A stretch of DNA of 62,989 nt, filler included, from Chiloscyllium plagiosum (lineage: Eukaryota): assembly GCF_004010195.1 (NCBI RefSeq). It is 4 parts of one record of this genome, joined end to end, with 100 filler letters (N's around TTAATTAATTAA, not from the genome) between each part and the next. Parts side by side here need not be neighbours in the genome. Positions count along the whole stretch, not along the records: positions 47,171 to 61,778 come from NC_057710.1; positions 61,879 to 62,989 come from NC_057710.1; 2 more parts are not named here. One strand, given 5' to 3'. The position numbers and the translations under genes were made by a program. The notes beneath the pieces were generated by a model. The model saw only the letters and a program-made list of their open reading frames with translations, ran no database searches and was not told the origin of the DNA. Of the stretch, positions 54,244 through 62,989 are shown one piece after another (the first letter of the stretch is position 1; each line of letters opens with the position of its first letter).

Positions 54244-54667
54244 CCTTAGGGATCACCAAGGCTCTGATCACCTCAGAGGATCCCAGACCTTGGAGAACTT
54301 CAGACTGGAATTTTCAATCCAATGGATCCACAACTCCAGTCTACACTGCTCTAACAATTCTTAAATTGGAGAAACGAATCATGGTAAATTTAAACTGAGG
54401 GACACCGTACCTTAGACAAGTGTCGAGATTGAAGAAGGTAGGATTTCTATGATAATCGCATCCAGTGCAAGAATTGCAGCCTTGCTGCAGGTGTTGGACA
54501 TCAACTGTTCAGTCAATAGCTGGCCCTCAACTTGCTTGCAGCTGGAATACATGGGCTAATGTCTCATCACCAGTAATCCAATGGCCAAGGCTAACGATTC
54601 AGGAGCAGAACCAATGAAGCTGGGAAATGACACAAACTGCCTCGGCATGACATCTATACTTAAGGTG

Positions 54668-54770
54668 CTGGTTTTGGACTGGGGAGGACAAAGTCAGAAG
54701 TCACACAACACCAGGTTATAGTCCAACAGGTTTATTTGAAATCACAAGCTTTTGGAGCGCTCTTCTGGTG
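54668..54770 (-). mobile_element. PLE family B relic
   Basis: cacacaacaccaggttatagtccaacaggttt matches 38372-38410. Confidence 0.7.
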
Positions 54771-54876
54771 AAGTGGAAGGAGGCTTCAAAGTCGAGGTCT
54801 TGTACAACCAGCACCTTCATTACCAGTATTCCCATCTCCCCTCCTCTCCCCACCCCCACCACCCCACCCCACCATC

Positions 54877-55180
54877 TAGAATCCCTCACAGAGTGGAAGC
54901 AGGCCATTCAGCCCACACTAACCTTCTGCAGAGTATCCTAGCCAGGCCCATCTGCCTATCCTATTCCTGCATATCCCCATGGTTAATCCACTTAATCTAC
55001 ACATCACTGCACGCTGTGGGAAATGTAGCACAGCCAAGCCAGCTAACCTGCACATCTTTGGACTTTGGGAGGAAACCCACGCAGACACAGGGAGAACGTG
55101 CAAAATCCTGTCATCTGGAATCGATCCCAGATCCCTGGCACTGTGAGGCAGCAGTGCCAACCACTGAGCCACCGCGCTGC
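54877..55180 (-). mobile_element. HE1-type V-SINE
   Basis: Head near 55180, V-domain and tail present. Confidence 0.75.
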
Positions 55181-55734
55181 CCTTTATTCAGGTTCATATC
55201 CAACCATGGCAGCTGCTGGAATCTAAACTCAATTTATAAAACACAAGTAAAATCTGGAATGGAAAAACTAATAGTGGCCATGGAACCGGTGGCAATGAAA
55301 ACCACCGGGATGAGGAAATCTACCATCCCTACCCTGAACGACCAGAGTGAAAGCTTGAGGAACAATCAATAAAAGATGCTATTTACATTGGAAAATGCCT
55401 TTATACGAGTAAAAGAATCAATTATAGGTTTTCCTTGGGCTTGCTATGTTAAGTGGGCTAAATAAGTGGTTGCTTAGAGTCTCCAAGACCAGGGAACTGC
55501 CCTTGAACCAGTGAGTGTGGTTTTGGTATGTTCTTAGTGTGTGGCAGCAAGGTGGGAGGTTTGCTGAGGCTGGGGGGAGGTTTGCAGACTGGGTCCATCT
55601 CCCAGCCTATTCTGAGGGAAACAGCACCAAGTGCCTACATGACAGACTGCACACTTTCCTGCTGTGGCCTGTACAGAATGACCTCATTCTCCACACTGCT
55701 CTCTTCAATGTCCTACATAAATTGGATTACACAG

Positions 55735-55775
55735 TGAGAGAAAGAGAGAGAGAGAGAGACAGAGAGAGACAGAGA
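55735..55775 (+). repeat. (GA)n microsatellite
   Basis: Direct inspection. Confidence 0.9.
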
Positions 55776-56021
55776 AATCTTCCTTAACTGCTTCAGCCCC
55801 ACAGTGATGGGGGCAGACAAGAAAAGGAAGAACGAGAGGACAACAAAAGAAATCTTTTAAAAACCCTCGCCTTTACCCAGCACCTTGTGAAACATCTGAA
55901 AATTCTTCACAGCCATTGAAGGTCTTTTCTATTTGTAGCGTGTATTCTGAGAAACAAAGCCATAAATTCATGGGCAGAGCAAGCTCCCAAAATGATAAAG
56001 AGTGACTAAACAACCTGTTTT

Positions 56022-58750
56022 AGAACATGGAACATAGAACACAGAACAATACAGCGCAGAACAGGCCCTTCGACCCTCCATGTTGCGCCGACCTGTGAAC
56101 TATTCTCAGCTCGTCCCCCTACACTATCCCATCATCATCCATGTGCTTATCTAAGGATTGTTTAAATCTCCCTAATGTGGCTGAGTTGACTACATTAGCA
56201 GGCAGGGCATTCCACGCCCTTACCACTCTCTGTGTAAAGAACCTGCCTCTGACATCTGCCTTAAATCTATCACCCCTCAATTTGTAGTTATGCCCCCTCA
56301 TAACACGCTGAAGTCATCATTCTAGGAAAAAGACTTTCACTGTCTACCTTATCTAATCCTCTGATCATCTTGTATGTCTCTATCAAATCCCCTCTTAGCC
56401 TTCTTGCCAATGAGAACAGGTTCAAGTCTCTCAGCCTCTTGGTGGAGATATTGGCCAGAGCACCAGGGGAAAGTCCCCCGTTCATCTTCCAATTGTGCCT
56501 TGGGGTATTTTGAAATCACCTGACCGAGTTTCAATTATCCAAAAGCCAGCAGCCCCCATTCCCCCATCCCCAACTGTGCAATACTTCACTCGATGTGAAA
56601 TAGGAATTAAGAGCAGGAGTAGGCAATTCTGCCCTTTGAGAAAGTGAGGTTTGCACATGTTGAAGATCAAAGTTGAGAGTGTTGCTGGAAAAGCACAGCA
56701 CGTCAGGCAGTATCTGAGGAGCAGGAGAATTGATATTTCAGTTGCCTGCTGTGCGTTTCCAGCAACACACTCTTAATTCTGCCCTTTGAGCCCACTCCAC
56801 CATTTAACATGATCATGGCTGATCTTAGAACATATAGAACATAGAACAGTACAGCACAGAACAGGTCCTTCAGCCCACGATGTTGTGCCGACCATTGATC
56901 CTCATGTATGCACCCTCAAATTTCTGTGACCATATGCATGTCCAGCAGTCTCTTAAATGTCCCCACTGACCTTGCTTCCACAACTGCTGCTGGCAATGCA
57001 TTCCTTGCTCTCACAACTCTCTGTGTAAAGAATCCGCCTCTGACATCCCCTCTATACTTTCCTCCAACCAGCTTAAAACTATGACCCCTCGTGTTAGCCA
57101 TTTCTGCCCTGGGAAATAATCTCTGGCTACCGACTCTATCTATGCTTCTCATTATCTTGTATACCTCAATTAGGTCCCCTCTCCTCCTCCTTTTCTCTAA
57201 TGAAAAAGGTCCGAGCTCTGTCAACTGCTCTTCATAAGATAAGCCCTCCAGTCCAGGCAGCATCCTGGTAAACCTCCTCTGAACCCTCTCCAAAGCATCC
57301 ACATCTTTCCTATAATATGGCAACCAGAACTGGATGCAGTATTCCAAGTGCGGTCTAACCAAAGTTTTATAGAGCTACAACAAGATCTCACGACTCTTAA
57401 ACTCAATCCCCCTGTTAATGAAAGCCAAAACACCATGTGCTTTCTTAACAATCCTGTCCACCTGGGTGGCCATTTTAAGGGATCTATGTACCTGCACACC
57501 AANNNNNNNNNNNNNNNNNNNNNNNNNNNNNNNNNNNNNNNNNNNNNNNNNNNNNNNNNNNNNNNNNNNNNNNNNNNNNNNNNNNNNNNNNNNNNNNNNN
57601 NNNNNNNNNNNNNNNNNNNNNNNNNNNNNNNNNNNNNNNNNNNNNNNNNNNNNNNNNNNNNNNNNNNNNNNNNNNNNNNNNNNNNNNNNNNNNNNNNNNN
57701 NNNNNNNNNNNNNNNNNNNNNNNNNNNNNNNNNNNNNNNNNNNNNNNNNNNNNNNNNNNNNNNNNNNNNNNNNNNNNNNNNNNNNNNNNNNNNNNNNNNN
57801 NNNNNNNNNNNNNNNNNNNNNNNNNNNNNNNNNNNNNNNNNNNNNNNNNNNNNNNNNNNNNNNNNNNNNNNNNNNNNNNNNNNNNNNNNNNNNNNNNNNN
57901 NNNNNNNNNNNNNNNNNNNNNNNNNNNNNNNNNNNNNNNNNNNNNNNNNNNNNNNNNNNNNNNNNNNNNNNNNNNNNNNNNNNNNNNNNNNNNNNNNNNN
58001 NNNNNNNNNNNNNNNNNNNNNNNNNNNNNNNNNNNNNNNNNNNNNNNNNNNNNNNNNNNNNNNNNNNNNNNNNNNNNNNNNNNNNNNNNNNNNNNNNNNN
58101 NNNNNNNNNNNNNNNNNNNNNNNNNNNNNNNNNNNNNNNNNNNNNNNNNNNNNNNTTCATTCTTCTGAACTCCAGTCAGTACAAGCCCCAGCTATTCAAC
58201 CGCTCCTGAGATGCCAGCCCTTTCATCCCTGGAATCAACCTGGGGAATCTTCTCTGAACCGTCTCCAGTGCCACCACATCCTTCCTCAGGTAAGGAGACC
58301 AGAAATGGACACAATATTCCAGGTGTGATCTCACCAACGCCTTATATAATTGCAATAACACTTCTTTACTTTTACAATCCAGTGCTTTTGCAATAAATGC
58401 TGGGATTCCATTTGCCTTTCTTATTCAATGCCGCACCTGCAAACCCACTTTCTGCGATTCATGCACAAGGACTCCAAGATCCCTCTGTACTGCCGCATTT
58501 TGAATCTGTTTTCCATTTAAATAATAATTGGCCCTTTTATTTATCCAGCCAAGATGGATAACCTCTCACTTATCCACATCAAACACCATCTGCCAGATTC
58601 TGGCTCAATCTCCCAGCCTATCAATTTCCATCTATGAACGCTTTATCTCCTCATCACTGCCTGCTTTCCCATCTATTTTAGTATTCTCTGTGAATTCTGT
58701 TATGTTACACACTGTCCCAGCTTGCAGACTATTGATATGGATCGTAAAAT
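56022..58750 (-). mobile_element. Cluster of CR1 3' portions (56022-56437, 56826-57502, 58157-58750) spanning a gap
   Basis: ORFs 56119-56301, 56916-57362 and 58176-58361; (catagaa)n tails. Confidence 0.85.
56641..56774. mobile_element. PLE family A relic with partial inversion
   Basis: 16-bp duplication aattctgccctttgag at 56625-56640 / 56775-56790. Confidence 0.8.
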
Positions 58751-59648
58751 TCTGAGACAGTACTGGATCCCATAACTTTCTGACTCAGAGATGAGCATGC
58801 TCGGCACTGCTGGCAGATACAAATATTAACTACAGGGCCACAGTCTCTATAATAAGTTTGCTGTCTGGATGTGGATATTGTTGACAAAGCCAGCAGTCAT
58901 TAGCTATGCCTTAAGAAGGTAGCAATGAATCTGTTTTTTTTACCCCTGCAGTCCAGGTGATGAAGAACATGCATCTCACAAAAGTGGGAGATCGGGCATT
59001 TCAGGAGTTCTGAAGAAGGATTGCTGGGGCTGAAACATTAACTCTGCTGTCTCTCCACAGATGCTGCCAGACCGACTGAGTTTTCCCAGCAATTTTTGTT
59101 TTTGTTAAGGCATTTCGGGATACTGACTCAGTGACAATCATGAATGGTGTTCAATCTCCAACTCAGGTTGGTATGTGGGGAGAAGCAATCAGAATTGACA
59201 GTGTTTCCACCTATCCACTCCACCCTCCTCCAATCTAGACTCTGGTTTCCAGCATCTGCAGTCATTGTTTTTACCTAGTGTCCCTGTAAGGTTGCTATTC
59301 CCAACTATCACAACAATTTTTGACTGGAGGACAGTGGAAGCCAGGCGGAAACAGAGCAAGGGGCGGTTGTTACACCCACCCACCCTCTTCCCATGACCAC
59401 CTTCTGCCCCAAGTGTAGCAGAGTCCACAGAAGCTGCATCGGACTGTACAGCCACCTACGGACTCAACTTCAACCTCACCTGCAGGGGAGCGTCAGTGAA
59501 GGAATGAATAAAAATTACTGGAGTGTGTTCGACCATGTCTCATTAAGGGTTAGCTAGCATTAATAGTCTGTGATGTCAGGGCAAGAAGTGACATGCATTC
59601 ATATGTTCTGAGAGCCTAGGAGGGCAGAGCTTGATTAAGGGAGTGTTC

Positions 59649-59742
59649 GAGGAGAAAGTGAGGTCTGCAGATGCTGGAGATCAAAGTTGAAACTTTATTG
59701 CTGGAACAGCACAGCAGGTCAGGCAGCATCCAGGGAACAGGA
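59649..59742 (-). mobile_element. PLE family A relic (3' extension only)
   Basis: 16-bp duplication gattaagggagtgttc at 59633-59648 / 59743-59758. Confidence 0.8.
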
Positions 59743-60546
59743 GATTAAGGGAGTGTTCACATAACAGTACATAGGTCATAATAAGGTTCATCTGCTCTTA
59801 GTTAGCCATCTTCATGAATTATTGAAACTGCCCCAACCTAACAACACAATAATAAATCAACAATCCATTAAAGGAGGTGGTGAGGGTTTAGTGGCAATGT
59901 CACTATACCGGTAGTCCAGAAATCCTAAACTAACATACTGGGGATCAGGGATTCAAATCCCAGCATGGCAGATTGTGAAGTTTCAATTTGATTAATAAGT
60001 CTGAAATTAAAATCTAGTCTAATTAAGGTATTGCTGCAAAAGCTGCTTTGGTTCACTAATTCCCTTGAGGGAAGATCTTGTCTAAATGTAACTCCAGATC
60101 TGCTGCACAGAAAAAGACGATTCAGTCCACCTAGCTTGAACTGAGGTGAATTTCTACCATGCATCTTGTAGATAGCGCTCACTGCTGTTACTGAGAGTCG
60201 GTGGTGGAGGGACTGGATGCTTGTGGATGTGGTGCCAATCAGGTGGGCTGTTTTGTCCTGTTGTCAAGACCCATAGTCTGTGCAGCATCCAGTGTCATCT
60301 GTTATGGATCAGACCAGACCCCATCAAAGTATTTTAAGAAGGTAGCCTAGATACTAGTATTTTCTTATTTTAAAGTTACACGTGAAATGCCGTGTTCCAG
60401 ATGCAAAGTTAGGGTCACAATTCTGGAATTCGCTTCTTAATGTCATTGTGGGCCAACCCACAGCAGGTGGACTGCAGCAATTCAACAAGGCAGCTCACCA
60501 CCACCTTCTCAAGGACAACAAGAGATGGGCAATTTGACATTTCTTA

Positions 60547-61260
60547 TGTTATGAAAATGTGGGCATACGTTTAAGAGAGTTAAATGCAGTAGAACTACCA
60601 GACACAGCATCAAGTGTTCTTAATAAGGCAACAATGTAACAGTGGGTCGAACAACTCGATTAGCTCGTTGCCCGGAGACAAGAATACATTCGAATTCGGA
60701 CAATCAGTTTAAATTATACCCTGAAAAATGTCAAACTCCAATCCAGTTTGAATTGAGTATATTGACAATCTTAAAAGCCAATATCACAATCCAGTGCTTT
60801 GGGGGGTATAAGACCAGGGAAAACTGAACAGTTGAGAGGAGAACTACCAAGCCCAGCATGTAACAGATTGCCTGAAAAATAGTTCTCTTAAAAAGGGATC
60901 TTTTCAATCAGTAACCTGTGATGCAGAAATTCCTAAGAAGAAGAAAAGAAGACGCAGGAAGATGCGAATAGAAGCACGAAAGCTGCCTGGCTTTGAGATG
61001 AGAAGTGTGGTTTTGTAAATCTTAACTGGGAGCTTTATGTGACTAGTATCATAGAAGGGAAGGTAAAAGATAGGTTACAGGAAGAAATTGTAAATAGTGG
61101 CTAGTTAATTATTCTTTGTTATACTTTAAGAAATAAAGTTGTTAATTTTTACTTGAAATAATTCTTAGCCACTCGGAGTTTTCAGATTACTGCACGGGAT
61201 AAATCTTTTCTGTGTTGCTGGTTTTAAATTAAGCAGGAGAGTTTATCCCTTGTAATAACA
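60547..61260 (+). mobile_element. Solo LTR (Gypsy-like), 714 bp
   Basis: Inverted termini TGTTAT...ATAACA, 4-bp duplication CTTA on both sides, AATAAA near 61132. Confidence 0.8.
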
Positions 61261-61356
61261 CTTATATCCACTTACCTATCCTTTCCCCACAACTGCTGAT
61301 TCCCTGACTGATCAAGAATCTATCACCGTGGGACCCAACGGTGTAGGAGCAGAATT

Positions 61357-61778
61357 AGAGCTGAAAATGTGTTGCTGGAAAAGCGCAGCAGGTCAGGCAG
61401 CATCCAGGGAACAGGAGAATCGACATTTCGGGCATAAGCCCTTCTTCAGGAATGAGGAAAGTTTGAACAATTCTTCCGCCGCCTTCGCCTCCGCGCCTAC
61501 TTCTTCAACCAAGACTCTCGCCCACCCTCTGACGACCCCTTCTCACGCCTCCCACACACCCCATCCACCTGGACACCCCATGCTGGCCTCCGACCTGCCC
61601 TCGACCTCTTCATAGCCAACTGCCGCCGCGATATTAACCGCCACCTGAACTCCCCCATCCCTCTTACCCACTCCAACCTCTCACCCTCGGAACGTGCAGC
61701 TCTCCACTCCCTCCGTTCCAACCCCAACCTCACTATCAAACCGGCAGACAAGGGAGGCGCGGTAGTAGTTTGGCGCAC
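61357..61778 (+). mobile_element. Penelope-like element: inverted terminal repeat joined to the RT N-terminal coding region, cut by a gap
   Basis: 61357-61462 is a family A repeat on - with a hammerhead core; + then reads EQFFRRLRLRAYFF...SNLSPSERAALHSLRSNPNLTIKPADKGGAVVVW (PLE DKG motif). Confidence 0.9.
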
Positions 61779-61878
61779 NNNNNNNNNNNNNNNNNNNNNN
61801 NNNNNNNNNNNNNNNNNNNNNNTTAATTAATTAANNNNNNNNNNNNNNNNNNNNNNNNNNNNNNNNNNNNNNNNNNNN

Positions 61879-62230
61879 TCAGTAAAGTGGTCAAGGCGGC
61901 ATACAGCATGCTTTCTTTCACTGGAGGGGATAATGAGTAAAAGAGTTGGCAGGTCATGTTACAGTTGTATTGGACTTTGGTTCGACCACATTTGGAATAT
62001 TACGTACATTTCTGTTCACCACATTAACAAAAGGGTGTGGCTGCATTGGAGATGGTGTAGGGGAGGTTCACCGGGATGTTGTCTGGTATGGAAGGGGCTA
62101 GCTTTGAAGAAAGTTTGAATAGATTCGGATTATTTTCATTAGAAAGACAAAGGTTGACTGGGGACCTGATTGAGGTCTACAAAATCATGGGATGTACAGA
62201 CAGGGTGGATAGCAAGAAGCTTTTTCCCCC
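61879..62230 (+). mobile_element. CR1 RT C-terminal fragment
   Basis: ORF 62076-62264 with GLFSLERQRLTGDLIEVYKI. Confidence 0.8.
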
Positions 62231-62989
62231 AGTGTGTGGTGAATGGAACAGATTGCAGAGATAAAGTGGGTTGTATAGACTGGAGGACCAAACAGAGATA
62301 GTCGTGACTGAAGATGTTTATAGATATAGGAAGGTTTACTTCTGCAGATTATTTAGACATGGAAGGTGTGGAGTCTGACAGATTTTCCAGAAGGACAGTA
62401 ATTTTAGTTGGAGCCAGTTTCAAAGATAAGAGAGCATGTGTAACCTCCTCCAGTTTGGTCAAAGTGGGAAGGGTTGTAGGGGAGGGTGACATTTCCACAG
62501 ATAGGGGTGTAAGAGCTGGAGAAGGTTATGGAGATGAGTAAATGCATGGCAATACAGGAGGAACTTACATTGATAGGGTGGGTGCTGGTGACAGGAGGAT
62601 GTCACACAGATAGTGAGTCTTGTCGGAACTGGATAGGGAGAATGACAGGCTTTCACTGGGTTCTGCAGACCGGGAATGCTGCAGGCACCTGAAAGGATTG
62701 TCGAGTCTCCAGCGAGTGATCTTGTCTTTAGGACTGGAATAGGTTACGTAGATACGGAAACATTGAAGACAATGTATACTATTTACTTTTTCTTGAACAG
62801 AGCGTCAATATCCCTCATGAGCCAGGGATCGCTAAACCTGCCAGCTATTCCCTTCACTCTAACAGGGACACATTGGCCCTGGATTCTTGAGATCACACTT
62901 TTAAAAGCCTCCCATTTGTCCGTTATTCCATTCCTTCAAACAGCCTCACCCAGTTGATGGGAGCATGATGTGGAGGAGCCTATGTTGGA

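Noticed and set aside
57348..58328. Long ORFs of 261-326 aa
   Set aside because: They are read-through of an N gap flanked by CR1 fragments.

Overview
Eukaryotic, repeat-saturated intronic DNA, most likely from a shark or other elasmobranch (HE1-type V-SINEs, abundant CR1 LINEs). Only two host exons were found, both on + with canonical AG/GT borders and both missed by the ORF track: 16224-16318 ([32 protein letters not shown]) and 46548-46633 ([29 protein letters not shown]). They belong to a DOCK-A family Rac GEF, closest to DOCK2. The exons expected between them were not found and are probably in an assembly gap. The rest is CR1, an RSg-1-like LINE, Rex1/Babar, RTE, two SINE families, a Tigger-like end, a solo LTR and many Penelope-like element (PLE) relics. 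The most notable signals are (1) three PLE families whose short, often palindromic insertions carry a minimal hammerhead-ribozyme core with compensatory stems and 12-16 bp target duplications, and (2) a five-junction microhomology template-switch rearrangement at 38.1-39.8 kb. Repeat boundaries are approximate, and family names come from recognition rather than database searches. Hammerheads in PLEs are established knowledge, so no wholly new system is claimed.
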